32,000 nucleotides of DNA, from positions 60,001 to 92,000 of the forward strand of contig NZ_CP195536.1 in assembly GCF_051307035.1 (NCBI RefSeq). The letters run 5' to 3'. This document shows positions 9,279 to 16,504 of this stretch, one piece after another. The notes below the pieces were generated by a model that was not told the DNA's origin, did not search any database, and worked only from the letters and a program-made list of their open reading frames with translations. Made by a program: the position numbers and the translations under genes. How positions within the stretch are numbered: the first letter of the stretch is position 1; each line of letters starts with the position of its first letter. The DNA comes from Psychrobacter sp. DM4. Its GTDB lineage: Bacteria > Pseudomonadota > Gammaproteobacteria > Pseudomonadales > Moraxellaceae.

Positions 9279-9887
9279 CTACTCTTTGGTCGCCATCGTA
9301 ATGGTATAAGTCTTACCTTGTTTAATTTTTTCGCTATTGCCAAATACTTCGGTAAATGAGCGCTTCATAAATTGGCGCAAGCCATTGATCGTCACTACAT
9401 AAAAACGACCACCCTGACGCATCCGTGCATAAGCATCCAAAAAATACAAATAATGCTGCTCTTTACCGACTTTGGCGGGCAAGTTCGACATCACCAAGCT
9501 AAATTCCTTGTCCTTTGCCACATGATTAAAGCCGTTCGATAAGTGCACATCGACGTTGGTTAGACCATTTTTTTCACAATTACGGCGTGCATATTCCACT
9601 GCCATAAAGTCCTTATCAATGAGCGTATGCTGACCGTTCGGACACTCGCGCGCCGCCGTCATGCCGAGTATGCCATAACCGCAGCCCAAATCTATCGAAT
9701 CATCATCTTGCTCAAAATCGATGTAATCAAGCAGCATCAAACTGCCATCATCGAGCTTTTGCGGTGAGAATATGCCCCACGTCGTCGCAAAATCAAACGG
9801 CTTACCCAGCACGTCATCCGTAAAGTTGATATCCTCGCGCCAGCGTTCGGCACTCTTTAATAGCTCAGCAGGCGGTCTATGTCTCAT
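9279..9887 (-). CDS. Small class I SAM-dependent methyltransferase, MTS (RsmC/YbxB-like) domain
   Basis: The segment GIFSPQKLDDGSLMLLDYI resembles RsmC. Motif I is DLGCGYGILG. The motif IV position reads SNLPAKVGK instead of NPPF/NPPI. Confidence 0.75.
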   Translation of the reverse strand: MRHRPPAELLKSAERWREDINFTDDVLGKPFDFATTWGIFSPQKLDDGSLMLLDYIDFEQDDDSIDLGCGYGILGMTAARECPNGQHTLIDKDFMAVEYARRNCEKNGLTNVDVHLSNGFNHVAKDKEFSLVMSNLPAKVGKEQHYLYFLDAYARMRQGGRFYVVTINGLRQFMKRSFTEVFGNSEKIKQGKTYTITMATKE

Positions 9888-10000
9888 GGCAGTCTCAAAT
9901 AGTGAATGATAAGTAGTCGTATATAATGACGGCTATTGTAACGAGAAAAGGGTAGGTTTGCAGCTAGGGATTAGTAGAATTGTCTGCGAGGAGTTGTATT

Positions 10001-10146
10001 GGAGCCAATCCTGCCGTCCGCTATTATCTGCCATACCTGCTAGGGCACGGCTATAGGCGGGTCAGGTTGCTGCTACCGCGACATCCTGACCCGCCAAGCC
10101 TCTGCAACCTAGCAGTCATGACAGGATAACCGCTCCAGAATTTGCG
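10001..10146. other. ~146 nt extended imperfect hairpin element (nested stems); structured RNA or MITE/REP-type element
   Basis: Four stems are nested. GGCGGGTCAGG (10066-10076) pairs with CCTGACCCGCC (10095-10105) in a perfect 11 bp stem. CTGCTAGG (10037-10044) pairs with CCTAGCAG (10118-10125) in a perfect 8 bp stem. CTGCCAT (10028-10034) pairs with ATGACAG (10128-10134) at 6 of 7 positions. GGAGC (10001-10005) pairs with GCTCC (10142-10146). Confidence 0.5.
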
Positions 10147-10170
10147 AAAATGCAAATTCTCTTGCGCTCG
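10147..10170. other. Perfect 9 bp stem-loop
   Basis: AGAATTTGC (10147-10155) pairs with GCAAATTCT (10162-10170) around the loop GAAAAT. Confidence 0.5.
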
Positions 10171-10276
10171 GATGAAGCAGTGCTTCGTTATTTCCTCGCT
10201 CAGGGCTAAGAAGCCTAGTTTGATTTGAGTATCAATTGTTGTTGAACTTCAGTAACGAAAAGATAGGGTAAGGTAG

Positions 10277-10319
10277 GTAGGGTGCGCCCAGCGCACCGAT
10301 AACCAGCGCACCGATAAAC
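10277..10319 (+). repeat. REP-like element: GTAG head + 7 bp palindrome, followed by a 15 bp tandem duplication
   Basis: GTAG (10277-10280) is followed by GGTGCGC-CCA-GCGCACC (10281-10297). AGCGCACCGATAACC (10290-10304) is then repeated as AGCGCACCGATAAAC (10305-10319). A homologous copy sits at 12117-12148. Confidence 0.6.
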
Positions 10320-10339
10320 GGAGTAAGTTTGGTACAAAC

Positions 10340-10439
10340 ATCGTTGGGTCTCATCCTTCGACGCTAACCTACTCTATATCAACTACGGTTGGTTTTAAAT
10401 GTGCTGTAGGTTGGTGTGGAGCTTGTGACACCCAACATT
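10340..10439. repeat. ~100 bp nested imperfect palindrome
   Basis: GTTGGGT (10343-10349) pairs with ACCCAAC (10430-10436), and the flanks partly match (..TCA / TGA..). Inside it, AACCTAC (10366-10372) pairs with GTAGGTT (10406-10412). Confidence 0.4.
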
Positions 10440-10449
10440 ATGAGTCCAA

Positions 10450-10470
10450 AAGTAAGCAGCCTACTTACTT
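10450..10470 (-). terminator. Weak AT-rich hairpin just downstream of the SEC-C ORF
   Basis: AAGTAAG (10450-10456) pairs with CTTACTT (10464-10470). On the minus strand the stem is followed by TTTGG. It lies about 18 nt after the stop codon. Confidence 0.35.
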
Positions 10471-10487
10471 ATATAAAATATAGATCA

Positions 10488-11627
10488 TCAGATGACTCTA
10501 TAGAGATTTTCTACCTCCCAGCCTGTAAAAATAGTGCTTTTATCAGAAAGTAAGTTTTTTGGCCTTTCTTCAGTATGGCTTGAACCTATTTTGAAAAGTG
10601 CTTCTATTTTCTGCTGCTGTTCTGTACTTAAAGTATTCCACCAGTCAGGAGAAATAAAAGTATTTTCAGCAGAGCTAAAGAAGAAGTTGACCAAGTAGCT
10701 GAACATATCTTTCTTGTCTATCTCTAGTAAAGAGTTTATGAACTTATTTATCACTTCTGCCTTTTTTAACCAACTGAAAACTACAAAGCCTTTGCCACTG
10801 CTCGCGAATACGTTGAAGATTAGATAGTCAAGTATTGTCTCCAAATCTGCTATATCTTGGAGATGTTCGTCTTTGAAATCATGCGTAGGGTTAGTTATAG
10901 ATGACACTACAAATGGTAGAGGGTTTGAATACTCTATGACTAAAAAGCTATAATAGTTATCACTGCTATCTAATAATTCGGCGTCTAAACTGCTCTTAAT
11001 TTTGTATAGCTCATTAGCCGATGTTTCTAGACCCAGCTCATAGTAATAAAGATCCTGTTGCTTAATTATCTGAAAAATAAGCGACGCTCCTCTATCCATG
11101 TTTTTCATAAGCTTTGTAGTTTCTAAAGCATTTTCCTTAGCATAAATTTCCTTTGCTACAGATCTGTACGTCAAAGCCATACACTGCTCTTTTGTACCTA
11201 TAAATGGTTTATCTTCAAAACAAGCAAATAGTAATTTGTCATGTCTTGCACAAAATCCTTTAAAAGTAGAAGCCTTGTTAATACCAATTTTTTCAAACCT
11301 AAGGCTGTCCTTGTTCTTTTGAAAGTTTATTAAATTCTGTTTCAATCCTAAAACATGGTTGCTATTATCAGCAATGTCAGATAAGCCACTAGATTTAGAA
11401 ACAGTATGAGACTTGATAATATTATTGCAGTTTGAAAGTAGGTTTTTAGGTGCGTAGCATGCTTCTCTTTTTGATATGTTTTGCTCAAATACTAATATTT
11501 CACTTAGCGATATAGGTTGTTCAAACTCTCTATCTAGATGACAGCGTTTAAACTTCAAGCCTGAACCACACCAACACTCATCATTACGACCTAATGCAAG
11601 TATACAATGAATATCAAATTTCGGCAT
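10488..11627 (-). CDS. SEC-C zinc-motif protein with an uncharacterised ~340 aa C-terminal body (orphan, AT-rich)
   Basis: This is a 379 aa ORF with an ATG start and AAGAGAG about 6 nt upstream. Residues 18-30, CWCGSGLKFKRCH, form a canonical SEC-C metal-binding motif. I cannot assign the remainder to any family. G+C is far below that of the neighbouring genes. Confidence 0.8.
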   Translation of the reverse strand: MPKFDIHCILALGRNDECWCGSGLKFKRCHLDREFEQPISLSEILVFEQNISKREACYAPKNLLSNCNNIIKSHTVSKSSGLSDIADNSNHVLGLKQNLINFQKNKDSLRFEKIGINKASTFKGFCARHDKLLFACFEDKPFIGTKEQCMALTYRSVAKEIYAKENALETTKLMKNMDRGASLIFQIIKQQDLYYYELGLETSANELYKIKSSLDAELLDSSDNYYSFLVIEYSNPLPFVVSSITNPTHDFKDEHLQDIADLETILDYLIFNVFASSGKGFVVFSWLKKAEVINKFINSLLEIDKKDMFSYLVNFFFSSAENTFISPDWWNTLSTEQQQKIEALFKIGSSHTEERPKNLLSDKSTIFTGWEVENLYRVI

Positions 11628-11689
11628 ATATACTCTCTTGAATAGTTATTTGTCGATGATTTTGATGAGCAGCTTGTTCTACCTAAACC

Positions 11690-12028
11690 CTACCCCTGCA
11701 GACTCTTCTTCAAAAGATAATCAAATATAAACGGACCAAAGGGCAAAAACGAGCCGAGGACGCCCGCAGGCATTGCCCATAACGGCATTTTTATTTTGCT
11801 AGTAGCGAGCAATAGCATCAAGATGTAGGCGATAAAGAGTACCCCATGCGCCATACCGATATATTTTACCGCTTCAGGAATGCCTAGCCTGTATTTTAGC
11901 GGCATCGCGATACCAAGCAAGAGTAAAAATGAAGTCCCTTCTAAATAACCCATGATAGTCAGCTTTTTAAGCGTAGAGTTTTGATTCTTTGTTAGATTAG
12001 CTAGAGTAGAGGGCTGAGCTTGTGACAC
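11690..12028 (-). CDS. DUF3817-type small integral membrane protein
   Basis: The 112 aa protein has 3-4 TM segments, and the motif ..GYLEGTSFLLLLGIAMPLKY..GMAHGVLF.. is typical of DUF3817 (from memory). Confidence 0.65.
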   Translation of the reverse strand: MSQAQPSTLANLTKNQNSTLKKLTIMGYLEGTSFLLLLGIAMPLKYRLGIPEAVKYIGMAHGVLFIAYILMLLLATSKIKMPLWAMPAGVLGSFLPFGPFIFDYLLKKSLQG

Positions 12029-12116
12029 TAGATATTCCTTTGACGATTACCAATTAATAGCTATGCTGTATGTTGAATAATTTATCTTGATGCGTAACCC
12101 ACCAAATTTAGAAGAA

Positions 12117-12148
12117 GTAGGGTGGGTGCATCTCGCGCACCGATAACC
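12117..12148 (+). repeat. REP-like element (degenerate copy of the 10277 element) abutting the xerD stop codon
   Basis: The sequence GTAGGGTGGGTGCATCTCGCGCACCGATAACC shares GTAGGGTG and the exact 14-mer GCGCACCGATAACC with 10277-10304. Its stem is GGTGC (12125-12129) with GCACC (12137-12141). Confidence 0.6.
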
Positions 12149-12149
12149 A

Positions 12150-13088
12150 CTAGCCACGCGGATGATGCTCCGCATGTAACTTCTGCAATCTCGCCGTCGC
12201 TACATGAGTATAAATCTGCGTGGTGGACAGATCACTATGCCCCAGTAACAACTGTACGCTACGAAGATCGGCGCCATGATTGAGTAAGTGAGTGGCAAAG
12301 GCATGACGTAAGGTATGCGGTGATAATTCTTTATCGATACTGGCGACTTTGGCGTATTTCTTTAATAGATACCAAAAGTTCTGCCGCGTCATATAGCCGC
12401 CTTGCGCAGTCAAAAACACCGCTTGGCAATTACCCGATTTGAGATGTGCAATCAGATCACCGCGTCCATGAGACAAATAATCTTCTAGCGCATCGCTTGC
12501 ATATTCACCCAAGGGCACGAGACGTGTCTTATTACCTTTACCCGTAATTTGTAGCCAACCCGCGTTGAGATTGACTTGTTCTAAGGACAAATTAATCAGC
12601 TCACTGACCCGTAGACCGCAAGCGTAGAGCACCTCTAGCATGGCTTTATCCCGTACTCCCAGTGCGGTGCTGGTATCCGGTGCAGCAAGGAGGTTATCAA
12701 CATCCGCTTCCGCCAAGTCTTTAGGCAAAGGGCGTCCAATTTTGGGGCTTTTGATACGCTCGCAGGGATTATCCTCTCGCAAGTTACTGGCGATCATCCA
12801 CAGATAGAACTGCCGCAGACTTGAGAGCATACGTGCTTGAGTGCGCGGGGTTTTGTCACTTTGGGCGAGCGTAGATAAGCAATGGAGCACATCATCAGGC
12901 TGCCATTTAGTCAAAGCGATGGAATTGGTCAGCTCGCAGGAGCGCAGGTCGCGCACATAAGCGTTACGGGTACGAGTGGCCAGACCGCGTGCCAGCATGG
13001 CTTGACGAAATTCCGTCATATAAGCGGATTCGTCATCGACGGCAAGCGTTTTGGGCTGACGCTGTTGTACGGCGCGATCACGGCTCAT
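12150..13088 (-). CDS. xerD: Site-specific tyrosine recombinase XerD
   Basis: The C-terminal half is near-identical in motif content to E. coli XerD: RDKAMLEVLYA.GLRVSEL, GKGNK.RLVPLG and HTLRHAFATHLLNHGADLR.VQ.LLGHSDLSTTQIYTHV. Confidence 0.95.
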   Translation of the reverse strand: MSRDRAVQQRQPKTLAVDDESAYMTEFRQAMLARGLATRTRNAYVRDLRSCELTNSIALTKWQPDDVLHCLSTLAQSDKTPRTQARMLSSLRQFYLWMIASNLREDNPCERIKSPKIGRPLPKDLAEADVDNLLAAPDTSTALGVRDKAMLEVLYACGLRVSELINLSLEQVNLNAGWLQITGKGNKTRLVPLGEYASDALEDYLSHGRGDLIAHLKSGNCQAVFLTAQGGYMTRQNFWYLLKKYAKVASIDKELSPHTLRHAFATHLLNHGADLRSVQLLLGHSDLSTTQIYTHVATARLQKLHAEHHPRG

Positions 13089-13109
13089 AGGGTTACCAAA
13101 GGTTAAGGG

Positions 13110-14294
13110 TTAGGCAGGCTGTAAGCACCACAACGAAGTAACTTCGCTACTACGCGCCGCAAAGAGAGGATCAGATTCATCTTGGCTGCGATTATGCTTG
13201 GGCTGAGTGTCGAGACGGTATTTTACGGTTAAACCACTATCTGCAAACCAGCCTAATAATTCCTCACGAGTGCGCAATTTAAGGTGTTCAACCAAATCAG
13301 ATAAAATGAGCCAAACCTCTCCTTGCTCGGCTAAGTGCTGTTTTGCGTCCCGTAACAACTCGCGAAGCATAGTGCTATTGGGATCATAGACGGCATACTC
13401 GAGCGGCGAGCTGGGCTTAGCAGGTAACCAAGGCGGATTACAAACAATGAGATTGGCGGGTGGCGCATCAGTTGGATATAGATTGGCCTCTTGCAACTGT
13501 ATATTAGTCAGTTCTAGACGCTCGATGTTATCACTAGCGCAGGTCAGAGCACGCGGACTCAAGTCCGTCGCTATTACTTGTTTTGCGTCGCGCTTTGCTA
13601 AGATAATCGCCAGCAATCCTGTACCCGTACCGATATCATAGGCGACATCAGGCATAACTGGCAAAGGCGCATCGAGCAATAACTGTACATACTCATGACG
13701 AGTGGGTGCAAAGACGCCATAATGCGGATAAATTGACAGATCTAAATGGTCGATTTTCACGCCTTTTTCGCGCCATCCTGCCGCACCAAGCGCTCCTTGC
13801 ACATCACGAAATGACAGCACACATGCTTCATCACCCTTTTCATTCAAAGGGCCAAAAGCTGCGATGCAAGCGGCGCTCATATCAGGAGCACGGCGTAAAT
13901 TGCTATCATAATCTGCGTCGAGTTCTAACAGCAAACGGCTGAGTATACGCGCACGTTGAGCGGTTACTTGACGCTGCTGATGGAATAGATTGGGTATGGC
14001 TTTAGACTCAGGGCTTTTCGCCGTTTTCTTAGCTTTGCGTAATGCTGAGCGCTCATTGGTGCGATCGATACGGCGATTAATCGCTTGCAATAACTGCCGC
14101 GCGTTATGAAAGTCGCCGCGCCATAGTAGTGAAGTGCCTTGAGAGGCCAAGCGGTACGCTTCATCCGCGGTGGTTTTGTCATCAACGATAACTATTCGCG
14201 TAGGCGGCGCATGATTGCTCTCAGACAACCAGCGCGCTTCTTGTACTATGTCGTTCTCATGCCACTGTACATACTGCTTTTGGGGTGCTAACAC
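13110..14294 (-). CDS. Class I SAM-dependent methyltransferase (HemK/N6-type NPPW motif) with ~190 aa uncharacterised N-terminal domain
   Basis: Motif I is YDIGTGTGLLAIILA and motif IV is VCNPPWLP. The start is GTG at 14294 with AAGGTAGG upstream. The gene ends 21 bp before xerD. Confidence 0.8.
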   Translation of the reverse strand: MLAPQKQYVQWHENDIVQEARWLSESNHAPPTRIVIVDDKTTADEAYRLASQGTSLLWRGDFHNARQLLQAINRRIDRTNERSALRKAKKTAKSPESKAIPNLFHQQRQVTAQRARILSRLLLELDADYDSNLRRAPDMSAACIAAFGPLNEKGDEACVLSFRDVQGALGAAGWREKGVKIDHLDLSIYPHYGVFAPTRHEYVQLLLDAPLPVMPDVAYDIGTGTGLLAIILAKRDAKQVIATDLSPRALTCASDNIERLELTNIQLQEANLYPTDAPPANLIVCNPPWLPAKPSSPLEYAVYDPNSTMLRELLRDAKQHLAEQGEVWLILSDLVEHLKLRTREELLGWFADSGLTVKYRLDTQPKHNRSQDESDPLFAARSSEVTSLWCLQPA

Positions 14295-14338
14295 GTGACC
14301 TACCTTTTATAAATAATATGTACCGTTATTGTGGGCGG

Positions 14339-14665
14339 CTAAGCGCTCTTTTTCTTGACCAGATAGCGATAAAGAGTATGACTCGTTGACGAATTATCAT
14401 CGCTATCGACAGTGATCTCGTTAGGATCAACAGGCAAGCTGACACTGTCATCGAGAGTTTCTTGAGTTAAAAGCTCGTGCCCTAGATGACGACAAAAATT
14501 AGGAATATCGCGTGTGGTCGCAGGATCGGTTGCGAGTATTTCGATGACCTCGCCGCTATCTGCTCGACGAATGACGCGGTGGAGCATCATCACAGGCTCA
14601 GGGCAGATCAGTCCTTGAGTGTCTAGATGATGGTGAGCGGTGCAATCAGTAATTAGAGTTGTCAT
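14339..14665 (-). CDS. tusA: Sulfurtransferase TusA family protein
   Basis: LDTQGLICPEPVMMLHRV..ATDPATTRDIPNFCRHLGHELL aligns with E. coli TusA, including the active-site CPEP. An acidic ~25 aa insertion lies before the C-terminal YRYLVKK. Confidence 0.88.
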   Translation of the reverse strand: MTTLITDCTAHHHLDTQGLICPEPVMMLHRVIRRADSGEVIEILATDPATTRDIPNFCRHLGHELLTQETLDDSVSLPVDPNEITVDSDDNSSTSHTLYRYLVKKKSA

Positions 14666-14727
14666 AGAATCTACGTTGTAAAATGATTAAATAATAAAGG
14701 GGGATTTTTTGATGATGAATTTGAATA

Positions 14728-15186
14728 TTAGTCTTTTGCTAAATTATCTTCTATCGCTAAAAAGTCAAAGAAGCGCTTAAAGTTGGATCTAAATAAAAAT
14801 GCCACCCCAAGCCAGCAGGACAGTCCAAGCCAAGCGGTATCTGCGAACAGTAAGCCACCAATAAGAACGATGGTAGAGACGCCGATACTCAGCGCAATCA
14901 TCGACGGCTGATTCAATCGGTAACGATAGATGACCAGCGCATCATAAAGGGTAATCGGAATCGTCAGAGCGATCAAAATATAAGGCAGATTAAAGTACAG
15001 ACGGTAGAGTAGCTGACTGTCATGAAACATCTTTATGCTGGCAATCGTACCAAAGACCATAAAAGCGATGATCGCTGCATATAACATATAGATAGCGATT
15101 TGATTGGCACGCTGCGCGCCTTTGATACGAGCGATCGCAAGCGGTGCAAAACCATGCTGAGTAGGTTGATCTGAGACCGTATTCAT
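14728..15186 (-). CDS. Hypothetical integral membrane protein (about 4 TM)
   Basis: The 152 aa ORF has four hydrophobic segments and no recognisable motif. Its composition is native-like, and it lies in an operon-like run between ruvX and tusA. Confidence 0.6.
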   Translation of the reverse strand: MNTVSDQPTQHGFAPLAIARIKGAQRANQIAIYMLYAAIIAFMVFGTIASIKMFHDSQLLYRLYFNLPYILIALTIPITLYDALVIYRYRLNQPSMIALSIGVSTIVLIGGLLFADTAWLGLSCWLGVAFLFRSNFKRFFDFLAIEDNLAKD

Positions 15187-15241
15187 AAAGGATGTCGCTT
15201 ATCTATAAATGAGCAAAAGGACGTATAACGAGTTTACTGAA

Positions 15242-15805
15242 TCAGTCGGGCTTAATGGCATCTATCGCCAGCGCACTATCAGGATCACTAAAGTAAGTCG
15301 ATAATAAGATACAGGCGGAGATATCGTCAATCGGTGCGCGCGGGTTATCGATCCAGCTGTTCTCCCATGCAATTTCACGGGCCTCAACTGAGCTCAAGCG
15401 CTCATCACACATCATAACAGTGGCGGGTATGTGCTGCTCCATTATCCGATGCGCTAGGCGCCGCGCAAATTTGTGCGCGCGTTTTGAGAGCATAGAGCTG
15501 CTGCCATCCATGTTCAGGGGCAGACCGACAATAATTTGGCTTACGCCCCAGACTTTGATAATACCAAGTAGATTGTCCCAATCAGGCTGACCATTATTCA
15601 TCGCCAAAATATCAAAGGCACGCGCCGTCTGCGTTATCGTATTGCCAAGCGCCATGCCCATTTTTTTGACCCCATAATCTAGGGATAGCACCAGATGAGG
15701 CTTAGGCTCAGCACTACTAGTATCAGTGCTATGAGTATTAGCGCTATAAGTATCAGAATTGTTGGTAGTCGACGTACTCTCTACTATGTTTAAAGGCTCT
15801 AGCAT
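15242..15805 (-). CDS. ruvX: Putative pre-16S rRNA nuclease / Holliday junction resolvase-like RuvX (YqgF)
   Basis: The YqgF core begins LVLSLDYGVKKMGMALG and continues ..IVGLPLNMDGS... It sits downstream of yqgE, the conserved pair. The N-terminus carries a ~38 aa S/T/N-rich extension. Confidence 0.88.
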   Translation of the reverse strand: MLEPLNIVESTSTTNNSDTYSANTHSTDTSSAEPKPHLVLSLDYGVKKMGMALGNTITQTARAFDILAMNNGQPDWDNLLGIIKVWGVSQIIVGLPLNMDGSSSMLSKRAHKFARRLAHRIMEQHIPATVMMCDERLSSVEAREIAWENSWIDNPRAPIDDISACILLSTYFSDPDSALAIDAIKPD

Positions 15806-15837
15806 GGTGATGCATTTATCCTTTTTCGTTCATTGTG

Positions 15838-16401
15838 TTAAGCATGCCCAATATCGTCGCTTAAATAATCAAAGTTAATACCGATTTTGTCAGCGGCTAA
15901 TTGCCAGCGCTCTTCAAAGGGCGCATCGAACAAGAGCGTCAAATCAGCAGGGCAAACCAGCCAATCGCCAGCGCTTAACTCCCGCTCCAGCTGTTTTTTG
16001 CCCCAACTAGCATGACCCAAACATAGCTGATAGTGACCGACGCCATGACCGACGGCAATACGTTTGAGCACATCTTGACTGGTAGTGATACAGACGTTTT
16101 CAGAGATGGCAAATGACGATGCCCATTCAGGCTGACCGGTATGAAGTACAAACCCTACCTCAGGATACATAGGACCGCCTTCTAATGCCACATCATCCAT
16201 CACTTGTGGATCAGTGACATCGATGCTTAGATCCTCTAATAATTTGCCAACTCGCGCCTGCTCAAGCGGACGGTTGACCATGAGGCCTAACGCGCCATGC
16301 TTGTCATGACGACAGATGTAGATAAGCGCCTGCTCAAAGCGGGGATCTGAGAGCTTGGGCGCTGCTATCAAAAAATGATGAGTCAAGTTAGCTTTAGACA
16401 T
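15838..16401 (-). CDS. yqgE: YqgE/AlgH family protein
   Basis: The 187 aa protein contains FLIA.P.L.DP.F....IY.C.H...GA.G...N motif content, and it shows synteny with ruvX. Confidence 0.85.
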   Translation of the reverse strand: MSKANLTHHFLIAAPKLSDPRFEQALIYICRHDKHGALGLMVNRPLEQARVGKLLEDLSIDVTDPQVMDDVALEGGPMYPEVGFVLHTGQPEWASSFAISENVCITTSQDVLKRIAVGHGVGHYQLCLGHASWGKKQLERELSAGDWLVCPADLTLLFDAPFEERWQLAADKIGINFDYLSDDIGHA

Positions 16402-16504
16402 AGAGGCAAATGCAACAAAGGTAGGAGAATTGGATATCTGATGTACTAGTTATATGGCGCCGCTCGCACAAAAATCAACACAGTTAGGCTCAGCGTGCGG
16501 ATAA

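Noticed and set aside
10001-10146. Possible identity of the nested hairpin as SRP (4.5S) RNA, 6S RNA or a retron msr/msd
   Set aside because: GGTCAGGT resembles part of the 4.5S conserved helix, but the GGAAGCAGCC core is absent. The element is not collinear with the E. coli 6S RNA I can recall. No reverse transcriptase gene exists in the window to support a retron. It is left as an unassigned structured element.
10290-10319. CRISPR-like repeat check on the repeated AGCGCACCGATAA units
   Set aside because: There are only two abutting 15 bp copies with no spacer, plus one distant copy at 12135. No cas genes are present. This is a tandem duplication within a REP-like element, not an array.
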